This document shows, one piece after another, positions 1-9,460 of a DNA stretch of 64,000 nucleotides. The position numbers were made by a program, and so were the translations under genes. The stretch comes from a virus. The stretch covers positions 91 through 64,090 of IMG/VR virus record IMGVR_UViG_3300028549_003029. One strand, written 5' to 3'. Position 1 is the stretch's first letter. Every line of letters begins with the position of its first letter. The notes below the pieces were generated by a model, which ran no database searches, had not been told where the DNA came from, and was given only the letters and a program-made list of their open reading frames with translations.

Positions 1-101
1 TCCGCTGCCATATCGTATCCCATCTCATTACAAGCATACTGAATACTATGCTTTTTTAACATAGCAAGATATTCACTAACCTTCTTCATGTTTCTCCTTT
101 T

Positions 102-126
102 AAAAAGCCCGGATTTTACACCGGGC
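102..126 (-). terminator. intrinsic terminator (GCCCGG hairpin family)
   Basis: gcccgg(107-112)/ccgggc(121-126) preceded by an A-run; nearly identical to the hairpin at 25189-25208. Confidence 0.75.
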
Positions 127-148
127 AATATTACAGTTCAGACGCAAA

Positions 149-715
149 CTAAGACAATGCAGTTAACTCTGCCGGAGTGAAAAAGTTTTTCATATCGATA
201 TACGACTTGTTGACAACTCTATAAAGATCAAGGTGCTTTATCGAGTCATTATCGTACCCGAACTCTGAGCAGAAGTCTTCGAATTTACCTGGATCCCAGT
301 ACTGTAAGCACGACACAATATCTCTAAGGCCTGGCGTCTTAGGCGGTATTCTGACCATCTCTCCAATCGCTGTACCCCAGTTTCTCAACCTCTTATTTGA
401 GTCACAGAGCATATCTCCATTAAGCTTGAAGATCTTTCCGAAGTACCTGCTTTTTCTGAATTTCCCAGCATCAATAAGTCTTCTGATCGCTGAGCCATCG
501 AAAAGATCAATCGTCTTCATGTAGAACAAGCTACCATCATTAATACTTTGCCCAAATTCAATCGAGAAGGTCTTTGTGTTACCTCTCGTGAACCTTATGT
601 GAAAAATATCTCGGAACGTTTCCTCTTCCCTCCTAAGAAAAGGGCTGCTTATGTCAATATTGACATCAGGCGGCATTGGAACTGTTTGGTCCATGTCTTT
701 GCATTTCATCGACAA
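149..715 (-). CDS. hypothetical phage protein
   Basis: 188-aa ORF; C-terminal DPGKFEDFCSEFGYDNDS resembles a motif I recognise from uncharacterised phage proteins. Confidence 0.6.
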   Translation of the reverse strand: MSMKCKDMDQTVPMPPDVNIDISSPFLRREEETFRDIFHIRFTRGNTKTFSIEFGQSINDGSLFYMKTIDLFDGSAIRRLIDAGKFRKSRYFGKIFKLNGDMLCDSNKRLRNWGTAIGEMVRIPPKTPGLRDIVSCLQYWDPGKFEDFCSEFGYDNDSIKHLDLYRVVNKSYIDMKNFFTPAELTALS

Positions 716-1145
716 CTTCCTTTACGAAACAAATTACTTGCCCACACTTATGCTTGTGGCCAGCCCAGTCGTCCCAGTCTCTTATATCGTTCGAGTAATA
801 CGATGCGAACCCGTCACAACTTGTGTACCGCTCTTTAATAAAAAAAGACCAAGCGCTTTCGTGCTCGGCCAATATTTTATCAATAGCTTCTTCATCAAAT
901 CTTACCGTAACATAGATCTCATCTCCACAAACGCTATAATCCTTTGATCGGACTATCTTTTCGAGTCTAACTGATATCAGGCCAGGGATTGAAGCCTGGC
1001 TACAAGCTTCTACCGCCTGCCTTCTCGTTACCTGCAGCCCATAATCCCCTGGCAGCCAGGTTTTCAATACTGGACCAAGCATGTGACACCTCCATGTCGC
1101 TACAATCAACAACTGAACCATCTGGGCAAATGACCTTGTCTTCAC
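666..1145 (-). CDS. hypothetical phage protein (start uncertain)
   Basis: C-terminal part FIKERYTSCDGFASYYSND looks protein-like; overlaps both neighbours. Confidence 0.45.
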   Translation of the reverse strand: MKTRSFAQMVQLLIVATWRCHMLGPVLKTWLPGDYGLQVTRRQAVEACSQASIPGLISVRLEKIVRSKDYSVCGDEIYVTVRFDEEAIDKILAEHESAWSFFIKERYTSCDGFASYYSNDIRDWDDWAGHKHKCGQVICFVKEVVDEMQRHGPNSSNAA

Positions 1146-1362
1146 CCTTTTTAGCTATGTACATTCCTTTTCCAACTCTTAGAAGGTCGAGGAAGAACGA
1201 GAGTGATCCACCGAGTTCGGCACGCTTCTTTACCAGGTAAAGCCGCGCTTTGATGTTCGGGATTATCGACATTATTTCGTCATGGTGCATTACCATGTCT
1301 GGGTACAAAAGGTAGTCTTTACCTGTGTAACCTTCAGGTCGCTTGATACGGGTTAGCTCCAT
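1000..1362 (-). CDS. hypothetical protein
   Basis: 120-aa ORF with GAGG SD upstream, part of a tight minus-strand gene run. Confidence 0.55.
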   Translation of the reverse strand: MELTRIKRPEGYTGKDYLLYPDMVMHHDEIMSIIPNIKARLYLVKKRAELGGSLSFFLDLLRVGKGMYIAKKGEDKVICPDGSVVDCSDMEVSHAWSSIENLAARGLWAAGNEKAGGRSL

Positions 1363-1628
1363 ATAATTTCCTCGTAGTCTTCCTCGATATGGGATTTTAC
1401 CTTTCCATGAAGTGGAAGAGGGCTTGACTCTAATTCTTCAATACAATCTTCTTCTTCGACTATGATTGCATTTGAGTGAATGACGATATTCATCGGAAGC
1501 CCATCTCTGTAGAACTTCTTTCCGAAAAGGAAACATTTTTTTGTTGTTGTAAATGCTCTCGTTCTTATCACTGCCTCATCAGTGTGAAGTACGGAGTTGA
1601 CACCATTCATCGTTACAATAACATTCAT
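1353..1628 (-). CDS. hypothetical protein
   Basis: 91-aa ORF, GGAGG SD upstream. Confidence 0.6.
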   Translation of the reverse strand: MNVIVTMNGVNSVLHTDEAVIRTRAFTTTKKCFLFGKKFYRDGLPMNIVIHSNAIIVEEEDCIEELESSPLPLHGKVKSHIEEDYEEIIWS

Positions 1629-1680
1629 CTTAATCCTCCATGGATTTTTTTAATAGTTTAAAAAGTAGCCTTCATAATAG

Positions 1681-2211
1681 TTATTCCTGCATATTGCTTT
1701 CAATAACAGAAACCACATTTCTTGCAGAGTATGATAGATTGTTCAAAGTTCTCAAAAGCTCCTCATTTTCCTTGAGGAGTCTTTCGTTTTCAGTCGTAAG
1801 CATTGCTATCGATTCCATGTAAATTGCATAGTCTTTATCGACCATCTTGATAGCATTCGCCGATCTCTTTGTAAGGATTTCTTCGGCAGCGTCAGGGTTA
1901 AGGATTAGGCCTACGAATAGATCTCGCAATCCACCTGATGTGTCGATAGTAATCGAAAGGAACGGGAGTGTTATCATTCTGTAGTTAACTCCGTACACAT
2001 TTGTGAAGACTCTGTTGTTGAACGCTATCTTCGGGATGAATTCAAAGAAGACCTTCTTACCCAAAGATAACCTCATTGAATAAGTGAATTTGCATACAAG
2101 TGTCAAGCACCTCAGAGTCCCAACTACAAGGGTCTTCGTAGTCATAATTTCCGTACAAGAAGATTTGGTCTGTTTCCACCATCTCAATGAACTTTTCAAC
2201 TGTTTTTGCAA
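1681..2211 (-). CDS. hypothetical protein with C-terminal coiled coil (true start probably ~2076)
   Basis: ORF track; heptad-like C-terminus LTTENERLLKENEELL. Confidence 0.45.
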   Translation of the reverse strand: MQKQLKSSLRWWKQTKSSCTEIMTTKTLVVGTLRCLTLVCKFTYSMRLSLGKKVFFEFIPKIAFNNRVFTNVYGVNYRMITLPFLSITIDTSGGLRDLFVGLILNPDAAEEILTKRSANAIKMVDKDYAIYMESIAMLTTENERLLKENEELLRTLNNLSYSARNVVSVIESNMQE

Positions 2212-2392
2212 ACTCTTTAGCAGTAACTGTTGCGTCTACAATAACACCTTCCCGGTTTTCGTGACGGAAATCGTAAGAGCCATTTTCGTAATCGTAACCA
2301 ACACACCGGATCCAATGGCTTGAATATTCCGGGTAGTTTTGCAAAACCTCAGTAGCAAGTGATATGGTATCCATCTTCATCCACCTCATCAT
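2057..2392 (-). CDS. hypothetical protein
   Basis: 111-aa ORF in a co-oriented run. Confidence 0.5.
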   Translation of the reverse strand: MMRWMKMDTISLATEVLQNYPEYSSHWIRCVGYDYENGSYDFRHENREGVIVDATVTAKEFAKTVEKFIEMVETDQIFLYGNYDYEDPCSWDSEVLDTCMQIHLFNEVIFG

Positions 2393-2500
2393 TAAGTAAA
2401 AGTTTTTCGTAAATGTGCTCAGGTAAAATATCTTTCAACTGTGTCAAGCTGAAGTCACCACACGAGTCAGGACAATCATAGTCATCGTGTCATGTGTATG

Positions 2501-2869
2501 TCAGCCCACAATCCTTGTCAAGCTCGCCCAACATACGTCCTCTATCTTTTCGTAGTACTTCTTACCCTCGATACCGAAGTTCGGGTCAAACACTTTTATC
2601 TCGGAATCTCTAGCATCGATCGCGATACAATGAAGGCCTCCATGATTGTTCAATGAAGGAACAGTGGCAACGTACTTGTAGCCATAGTTAAGTTCATTGT
2701 ATTCCTCTTGCTGACTGAAGAACCCAAGCTTGTCAAGAGCTTCAACTTCATCACGCTTGTTTGCCGGAGACGGGCAGATCTTTAGAACTGTCTCAATATC
2801 TTCACCGGTTACCATTGCAATGCTTGCTGCAACACATGATGAGTCACAGATTTGATTTACAAGTCTCAT
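2501..2869 (-). CDS. C39-like papain-fold cysteine peptidase
   Basis: NQICDSSCVAASIAM (Gln and catalytic Cys) plus LHCIAID...VFDP (His/Asp), as in the C39 family. Confidence 0.7.
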   Translation of the reverse strand: MRLVNQICDSSCVAASIAMVTGEDIETVLKICPSPANKRDEVEALDKLGFFSQQEEYNELNYGYKYVATVPSLNNHGGLHCIAIDARDSEIKVFDPNFGIEGKKYYEKIEDVCWASLTRIVG

Positions 2870-3141
2870 ACTCTTTCCATCCAGTGATAAAGGTCGATAA
2901 AAAGCTGTCCTCTCTGCAATCCGGGAACACTTTTGCAGATGTTGAAGTCGTAATCCTCATCTACAATAAAGCTAGAGCATAGCGTCTCTATCTTGTTTGA
3001 GCCTTCTCTTTTTACAACAAGGAATGGAGCAGTTTTAACATCTCCTGCTATCCCAACAATAGTCAGACCATCACTTGTAACCGCACCTCTGAATGCATCC
3101 ATAACCCCAACTGATTGAGGACAGATATCAATTCTAACCAT
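2866..3141 (-). CDS. hypothetical protein
   Basis: 91-aa ORF, GGAGG SD, 4-nt overlap with the next gene. Confidence 0.55.
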   Translation of the reverse strand: MVRIDICPQSVGVMDAFRGAVTSDGLTIVGIAGDVKTAPFLVVKREGSNKIETLCSSFIVDEDYDFNICKSVPGLQRGQLFIDLYHWMERV

Positions 3142-3294
3142 TCACTTCCTCCACTTTCGCTCCGTTTTTATTTAGGCACACAGCATTCGCTGATTCAACA
3201 TTATCAAACCTGTGTGCCTCGCCTTTGTTCAAAGTTACAACTGTAAAATTTCTTTCGCTTGTTACATAATAAGGGCCGATGCTTACAATGTGCT

Positions 3295-3780
3295 TCATTC
3301 AAGCCACCTTTTTACAAATCCATTAGAAGTCTTTTTAACGTGCTTTCCGCAGAATGAACAGAACGAAATAGGAACTGTTTCAATAGAATCCTGTTGAGAT
3401 CCATCGAACAAAGTTCCTTCCAATGTAACAGTTGACAAGAACCCTAGTTTTTCAAATTCATCGCAAGAACAGTATTCTGTTCTGTGAATCTCTTTACCGC
3501 AATCAGGACAGAATTTCCACTGTTTATCACTATGTCCATGACTTGTGCATTTGAAAGCTTTTATGTTGTTGGCTTCGATCTCACTGTCACTAACGCCGTC
3601 TTCAATGTACTTGTAAATAAGGCCTCTTTCGTCTATGAACATATCTGACGAAGCTATTTTAATCTTTGTTCCGTCATAAGTCTTGTATCCAGACTTAAGA
3701 ACACAAGCTATCCTTACCTTGCACACTGGGAGGTCTTTTGACATCAGATATATAACGCTTCCAACTTTTAGTTCCATCAC
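3295..3780 (-). CDS. hypothetical protein with Zn-ribbon motifs
   Basis: CPDCG, CSC and CSFCG motifs; GAGG SD. Confidence 0.6.
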   Translation of the reverse strand: MMELKVGSVIYLMSKDLPVCKVRIACVLKSGYKTYDGTKIKIASSDMFIDERGLIYKYIEDGVSDSEIEANNIKAFKCTSHGHSDKQWKFCPDCGKEIHRTEYCSCDEFEKLGFLSTVTLEGTLFDGSQQDSIETVPISFCSFCGKHVKKTSNGFVKRWLE

Positions 3781-3839
3781 TAACCTCGTATCTCTTTCTT
3801 AATCTTTTGTCTCTTATTACGAATACTTCGTGAGACATT

Positions 3840-4061
3840 TTAACTGCGTTTTCGCTTAACATTCTTCCTTCTCAACACCCAATACTTTACTGTTAAATCG
3901 TTTGGCGCTTTGTATACCTCTGGAATTGCACCACTCAGAAAAAACTCGCCCTTTTTTGGTAGCCCGAAGCGATCCACAACATACTCAATACCTTTGGCGT
4001 CTTTGTACGTCTTATACATGCTCAAGCTCTCCAGGGTCAATAGTTCCGATGGTATCAACAA
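3840..4061 (-). CDS. hypothetical protein
   Basis: 73-aa ORF (likely start MYKTY) in a co-oriented run. Confidence 0.45.
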   Translation of the reverse strand: MLIPSELLTLESLSMYKTYKDAKGIEYVVDRFGLPKKGEFFLSGAIPEVYKAPNDLTVKYWVLRRKNVKRKRS

Positions 4062-4248
4062 GCACCATCATACCTCTTACATCTACAACAGTGCCTTCTG
4101 TGTCACTGTTTCTGCAAAGTACTTTATCACCAACTTTAAATGTTGTAAAAATTGCATGTTTATCGATAGTGTCTCTTATCAATCTCTCTGCAAATTCTAC
4201 GGAGTTGGCCTTCATATAAACAACAGAGACGCTATCTAAAACTGCCAT
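4012..4248 (-). CDS. hypothetical protein (SH3/KOW-like C-terminus)
   Basis: FKVGDKV...GTVVDV pattern. Confidence 0.5.
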   Translation of the reverse strand: MAVLDSVSVVYMKANSVEFAERLIRDTIDKHAIFTTFKVGDKVLCRNSDTEGTVVDVRGMMVLVDTIGTIDPGELEHV

Positions 4249-4640
4249 TTGTTCACATCTCTTTCCATCATAGATTTAATGTTGTGCTTAGTGTAATACG
4301 GAGTAGAGCACTCCTTCTCAAGAGCCATGTGAATAGCCGCGGTTATCGAGTGACCGATAGCCTTTGGCCTTTCACCTACCCATGAGTTTCCGTCAAACAC
4401 GACTTCGAGAGTGAAGTCGCTTTCCAACCTGTAGACAACCACTTTGTACCCGTCACTTGCTGTAACATGGAACCCGGGGTTGAATGGAAGAAGGGCGTGT
4501 CTACCATTAACACTATCGAACACAGAAATGGCAGGCAGCGCGAAGCCGCCTCCATTAGATATTATGATTGCCTGGCCATTGCCACCAAATTCATAAGCGG
4601 CAGACCCGCCATTATGAGTTTGGATTATCTCTAAGCGCAT
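4236..4640 (-). CDS. hypothetical protein
   Basis: 134-aa ORF, short overlaps with neighbours. Confidence 0.55.
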   Translation of the reverse strand: MRLEIIQTHNGGSAAYEFGGNGQAIIISNGGGFALPAISVFDSVNGRHALLPFNPGFHVTASDGYKVVVYRLESDFTLEVVFDGNSWVGERPKAIGHSITAAIHMALEKECSTPYYTKHNIKSMMERDVNKWQF

Positions 4641-5304
4641 TTATGATAGACCTTCCCAGTCCTTCGACCATTTCAATATCTTTAAAAGGAGGCAAGAGAC
4701 TTGCGCCGGCGCCTCCAGGAAGAGTAAGGAAATTTTCACACACTCTTGGGCCAATTGACGACGTTATCATACATTTTGCAATGTAACCAGCGCTCTCAAC
4801 CGGTGAAATCCCGTACTCCATAACCATGCTGTTAAGGAACTCTTCAATTACAGCTTCAATCGACTCGACTGCTTCATCATAGTTAGTGGAAGGGCCTTCT
4901 GGTTTAGTCTTAGACACAAAATCGAGCAGCTTCTCGTTAATGAACTTCTGATCTCTGTATCTTGTTATCTTCTTCCCAATCTCTGTATTAACCGGGAAGT
5001 TAGAATCCTTGCTTGACATAAGATCAGTAAGCATAGTATGGTTATCAGAAGCTATGTAAGATGCCATTCTAACAAGCTCGATTGGTCTAACGCTGCCTAA
5101 TTGTGGAATCTCTGATGCTATGAATAACATCGCAGCACACTCATCAGACATAGCTTCTACATTCCAGTCAACTATCGCGCTGGCGTTTCTTCCATCGAGC
5201 AACATCATTTCACAGACATACTCAGTCTGGTCGATCATTAGTGCATTAGCAATAGCAGCTCTAACGCTAAGATCTTCTTTAAGTTTTCCAATAAACTCTT
5301 TCAT
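4612..5304 (-). CDS. hypothetical protein
   Basis: 230-aa ORF, coupled to the helicase stop, GGAGG SD. Confidence 0.65.
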   Translation of the reverse strand: MKEFIGKLKEDLSVRAAIANALMIDQTEYVCEMMLLDGRNASAIVDWNVEAMSDECAAMLFIASEIPQLGSVRPIELVRMASYIASDNHTMLTDLMSSKDSNFPVNTEIGKKITRYRDQKFINEKLLDFVSKTKPEGPSTNYDEAVESIEAVIEEFLNSMVMEYGISPVESAGYIAKCMITSSIGPRVCENFLTLPGGAGASLLPPFKDIEMVEGLGRSIINALRDNPNS

Positions 5305-7601
5305 ACCAAACCCTCCATAAAATACTTGAGATTAAATTTTTTAATAAACTCAGGATCCTTACTCTTCTTGATCAAATCAATGAGCTTGACATCCTGTATA
5401 ATTGTAAGACCACTATCATCATCTGACCGCATCACACGACCGTACATCTGAATAACATTCATCCAGATTATCCTGTCAAGGAATGTTGGATCATTCGACA
5501 AACGCTTCTTCACATACGGATCGCCCATATAAGGTATCGGGCTTTTAACTATGATCTGAGCTCTCGCGCGATCGCCTTTGAAGTCAACCCCCTCTGTAAG
5601 AGATGGGGAGAATATCACAACACCTTTTCCGAGTGACTGGTTCAGAGCTGCCTCTTTTGTAAAAGGCTTTATAAACTGCTTAGTCGGACCATTTCTCAAT
5701 GGAGAGTTGTCGTTCAAGTGGAAGACGAATTTACCTGGAACATAGTTAGGCAAATTCTCCGCGAGAAGCTTCACGATTTTAAAACTATTGCAGTGAACAA
5801 GCACGTTGCCATGTGTCATGGCTTCGTCAATGTTTCCGGCAGTAATTTCTGCGAACTTTTTACAGTTCGACTCGTAAAGATACTTCCCATTCTGGTCCTT
5901 CCTTGACATGTCAAACGTCTTGTCCGCGGCTTTGATCGGTCTCTTTGCCTTGTCGAATGTAGATTCGATTTTGACAGCTCCAATCTTCTCGCGACTATCA
6001 TCTCCGTAGAGTACGCCGATCTCTCTCAAAGTGCTCTCCCACCCAATCCAAGTACCAGTGCTTAACACAATGATCTTTGAGCTCGAGTAGAAAAACTTAT
6101 TCATCAGCTTCCCAATATTGTAAGGAGTAAACCTAATACAATCCACCAGGTCACCACGCTTACCGCTAAGATAATTGAGTCTAAGCTCTTCATACTTTGC
6201 TTTGTTATGGCTGACAATGTAATCCCCTTTGTCTGAGTAATTGAAAATCGTTTTGCTCATCGATTCAAACACTTCGTTAATGTGAGGAAGGTTGTCCATC
6301 TCAACATGGTGAAGCATTTTCGAAATCTCTTTTCTATGAATAGGTTCTACACCATCGAAGAACGCTTTACTGAACATGTTTGGACTACCGTTCAAATGAT
6401 CCTCGATATACTCTCTTGGCATTTTCCCGTTAAGAGTTCCAGCAAGCTTTGCATCGCCAGAAAGCAGGTTCATCAGAAGAGACCCCTGATCTTTTGCTGT
6501 GAACAGCTTGTACATTGCTGCCTCAGCCATTCTCGATGTCACCTTGTAAAGCTCTGTTGCAAGCTCTGGGTGGATTGACCCATGGAAAACATCGACACCA
6601 AGCTTTTCAGTGAACTCCTTGTAAGGAACGTCAACTGTGAAGATTCTATGAATTACGTCAGTTATCTTATGAGCTTCGTCATAAACGAGAATCTCATGAT
6701 TTCTGACCTCATCATACACCTTTCCAAGAAGCAGCATAACATCAGGATTCATTACCTTCACGTTAGAGTTTCTCAGGATCGCACGATGAGATTTGATAGG
6801 ACATTCGCACTCTGAGTGAGAGCACCCAATCTCGGCGTAAAGATCATTGTCACCTGACAGTATCTCCTTGAAAATGTCTGGTCGCTCTTTAATGAGCTTG
6901 TCAGAGAATCCGCTCACTTTTTCAAGCTCGACCGGATTGAACCCATACTTCTTGATAACACCTTTTATGATGTTCTCAAGCTCTTTTGAATCACCCACTG
7001 TTTTCGTCGTGTCATCGTTTCTACACATTTGAATATCGTACCCATCATACCCGCAAGAGATATCAGGACGACCAAGGCTCTTCGCGTGATTACATGTATA
7101 GGCATTCCTACCTTTAATGTTGTGGAGAGTTGGCCACTCCTCACGCATTAACTGGTCTTGTAGCTGTTTGAATGGGGTGATATAAGCACCTCCACCAAAC
7201 GTTTTGAGAAGAGCGTAGTTAATAGCTGACTTACCTGATCCTACAGGGCCATCTATAATGATGAACTTCTTACCTTTGTAAACAAGGTCGATCGCCTCAT
7301 TAATAGCCTTTACCTGGTTCGGTCTAGGGGTGTGCTTAGGGAAACTCTTTAGAGCAAGCTCCTTTGCTTCTTCTACAGGGATTCTTTCCTGCTCATCCTT
7401 TACCTGCCTTTTGCTTTCGATAAACTTCTGAAAAGCATTTTTTTGGCCTTCTTCTTTTGACACTATTACCCTCAATCCTGGTCTTTCAGACCCGTAAATT
7501 TTGTAAACCTTATCAATGTTGTTGTTCCAATAAACTTCAAAAAAGAACATGTGTGACCTAATGTAACTATTGCACAGTTGAAAGTGTGATTGCAATATCA
7601 C
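5301..7601 (-). CDS. DinG/XPD-like SF2 helicase with probable Fe-S cluster
   Basis: Q motif PRPNQ, Walker A GPVGSGKS, GRNAYTC plus further Cys, DEAH, SPSLTEGVDFKGD, QMYGRVMRSDDDSG. Confidence 0.88.
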   Translation of the reverse strand: MILQSHFQLCNSYIRSHMFFFEVYWNNNIDKVYKIYGSERPGLRVIVSKEEGQKNAFQKFIESKRQVKDEQERIPVEEAKELALKSFPKHTPRPNQVKAINEAIDLVYKGKKFIIIDGPVGSGKSAINYALLKTFGGGAYITPFKQLQDQLMREEWPTLHNIKGRNAYTCNHAKSLGRPDISCGYDGYDIQMCRNDDTTKTVGDSKELENIIKGVIKKYGFNPVELEKVSGFSDKLIKERPDIFKEILSGDNDLYAEIGCSHSECECPIKSHRAILRNSNVKVMNPDVMLLLGKVYDEVRNHEILVYDEAHKITDVIHRIFTVDVPYKEFTEKLGVDVFHGSIHPELATELYKVTSRMAEAAMYKLFTAKDQGSLLMNLLSGDAKLAGTLNGKMPREYIEDHLNGSPNMFSKAFFDGVEPIHRKEISKMLHHVEMDNLPHINEVFESMSKTIFNYSDKGDYIVSHNKAKYEELRLNYLSGKRGDLVDCIRFTPYNIGKLMNKFFYSSSKIIVLSTGTWIGWESTLREIGVLYGDDSREKIGAVKIESTFDKAKRPIKAADKTFDMSRKDQNGKYLYESNCKKFAEITAGNIDEAMTHGNVLVHCNSFKIVKLLAENLPNYVPGKFVFHLNDNSPLRNGPTKQFIKPFTKEAALNQSLGKGVVIFSPSLTEGVDFKGDRARAQIIVKSPIPYMGDPYVKKRLSNDPTFLDRIIWMNVIQMYGRVMRSDDDSGLTIIQDVKLIDLIKKSKDPEFIKKFNLKYFMEGLV

Positions 7602-7659
7602 GCAAATTGAGTGATATTACCGTCACACTTTTTAAGTATACCAAAATAGTGTCGGTTAT

Positions 7660-8085
7660 AAAAAGTACTGTACAGGTAAAAATTGGGTATACTGTACAAT
7701 ACTGTACAAGCAAAAATAAATGACCGAAAATGGGGTTTTTCAAAAATAGGAAAAACGCAAAAAGTACTGTACATTTGTATAGAAAAATCTTTTTTGGCCA
7801 TTTTTTCAATGAAATCGAGAAAATTGACACCGAGAAGGTTAAGTGTTTTAATAGAAAAAAGTCGTTTTCAAATCACAAAACAGCACCTAAGTCGTTGATT
7901 ATTTTTTGGCATGGATTTTGCTATAGACATCATAAGAAGTTCTTATATATAATATATAGATATCTACATAGTAATATATAATATATAATATATACTGTAT
8001 ATCTATGCTTACATGGTGCATAACATTGCACATCCGCATCGCCTCACACACATACACACCCATCCACACACCGCCACACAAACTT
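7660..8085. other. non-coding origin- or terminus-like region: TACTGTACA repeats, A/T tract, CA-rich tract
   Basis: TACTGTACA at 7666, 7690, 7700, 7765 (variant at 7993); almost pure A/T ~7944-8004; CACAC repeats 8045-8080. Confidence 0.45.
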
Positions 8086-8154
8086 TTAAAAACCGTGCAC
8101 ACGATAAGCAGATAAACTGTATGTTTCGTAATTTACGCCTTCATTGACAGCTCG

Positions 8155-8457
8155 TTAACTATAAAACATTTTTAGGTAATCGACAAAATCGCCACTCAGA
8201 CCGTCAAAATCGGATTCGACAAACCCAAACAGGATCGCTGACTTGACCATCTCGTAAAAATCGAAATGTTCTCCAGACGCAATCGACTGCATGATCGTTG
8301 CGGCGTTGAACAGGTCTGCCGGGCTCATGACGGCCTCGTTCGTTGCCAAGCAGTGTCGAACTAGCTCTGTGACCTGTTCACGAGTTCCTGACAGCGATAC
8401 GAGCTCTGCGTATTTCTTTTTAAAATTCATTTTGACCATCCCTTGAGACACTTGCAA
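8155..8457 (-). CDS. hypothetical protein
   Basis: 100-aa ORF (probable ATG at 8430). Confidence 0.5.
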   Translation of the reverse strand: MQVSQGMVKMNFKKKYAELVSLSGTREQVTELVRHCLATNEAVMSPADLFNAATIMQSIASGEHFDFYEMVKSAILFGFVESDFDGLSGDFVDYLKMFYS

Positions 8458-8603
8458 ACACTCTCAGACTTCGAGAGAGGGCCGTGAGCATCGGTTAAAG
8501 TAAAAACACATACCTAGGCAGCAAAAAATAAAATCAATGGCCTTAAACGGCCTCTCTCGCGTTCAGATCTAAAATCAAATACTGTTTCTCATTTTTTGAA
8601 TAT

Positions 8604-8771
8604 TTAGTAATTAAACCTGTTCCCAACACTGTTAAAAAACTTGTATTCAGGAACTTTTGGAACCGGTTCAAAAACCTTTGCAACGACACGTTTATTGAAC
8701 GCATCTTCAACCAAAACTTTATCGATGTCAACTCCGTACTTCTCGTACAAAGAAACTATCTCTTTTCTCAT
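8604..8771 (-). CDS. small hypothetical protein (55 aa, not in ORF track)
   Basis: GGAGG SD then MRKEIVSLYEKYGVDIDKVLVEDAFNKRVVAKVFEPVPKVPEYKFFNSVGNRFNY*. Confidence 0.6.
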   Translation of the reverse strand: MRKEIVSLYEKYGVDIDKVLVEDAFNKRVVAKVFEPVPKVPEYKFFNSVGNRFNY

Positions 8772-8850
8772 TATGAACAACCTCCTTTACGGGTAAAAAA
8801 ATAGCGCCACACGATTAAGTGTGACGCCGTTTGAGTGTGGTGATGTTGCC

Positions 8851-8886
8851 TTAGTTAATCGCAATTGCGATGTCTTCTAATGGCAT
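8851..8886 (-). CDS. 11-aa micro-ORF MPLEDIAIAIN
   Basis: strong SD AAGGAGGTGA upstream; followed by a hairpin and U-tract (~8796-8827). Confidence 0.3.
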   Translation of the reverse strand: MPLEDIAIAIN

Positions 8887-8919
8887 AGCATCACCTCCTT
8901 TTCTGTTGGAAAACACACC

Positions 8920-9387
8920 TTAATCATTGGAACAAAATTCAGTTTGGCAGTATTTTTCAGCGTCCTTTTTGTACATGAATATTGCAATCCCGGAACTATG
9001 TGGAACCGGATCTGTACCCCAGTCACCAGCCCCAAACACACCGTCGAAACCGACTGACCACCACTTCTCCTCTTCAGAATGGAGCTTGAACACCTCTCTT
9101 ACCGCATCTCTTAGCGTGGCAGCGTCAAGATTACCAGGGTCTGTCATTTCGCTACAACCACTCTTCCGGTCTATCTCCCCAAGGACGCTCCACCAATCTT
9201 TGTCGAGCAGTGGCGTGCTCTTGGTTGTCCACGAGTACAATCGTGGTTGTAATCCGTCAAGGAAAAGCTGGCAAAAAGTGCCATCATATTTCAATGTGAC
9301 ATTAATTTTCCGGTTCGGTAATACTACTACTGCTGTATTCATACAAGCTCCTTGATAGAATAATAACACCATGTAATTCTTCTTCAT
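8920..9387 (-). CDS. hypothetical protein
   Basis: 155-aa ORF directly downstream of an extended -10 promoter. Confidence 0.55.
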   Translation of the reverse strand: MKKNYMVLLFYQGACMNTAVVVLPNRKINVTLKYDGTFCQLFLDGLQPRLYSWTTKSTPLLDKDWWSVLGEIDRKSGCSEMTDPGNLDAATLRDAVREVFKLHSEEEKWWSVGFDGVFGAGDWGTDPVPHSSGIAIFMYKKDAEKYCQTEFCSND

Positions 9388-9391
9388 TGTA

Positions 9392-9400
9392 GTTATACCA
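9392..9400 (-). promoter_or_regulatory. sigma70-type extended -10 promoter (TGGTATAAC)
   Basis: heads the leftward block; similar TGnTATAAY at 56308-56316 and 63011-63019. Confidence 0.55.
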
Positions 9401-9460
9401 GAAATTCGAGAAACATAACGCTTATGCAGATTGTATTTTAAGCCATACTTGGAGGTAAAT

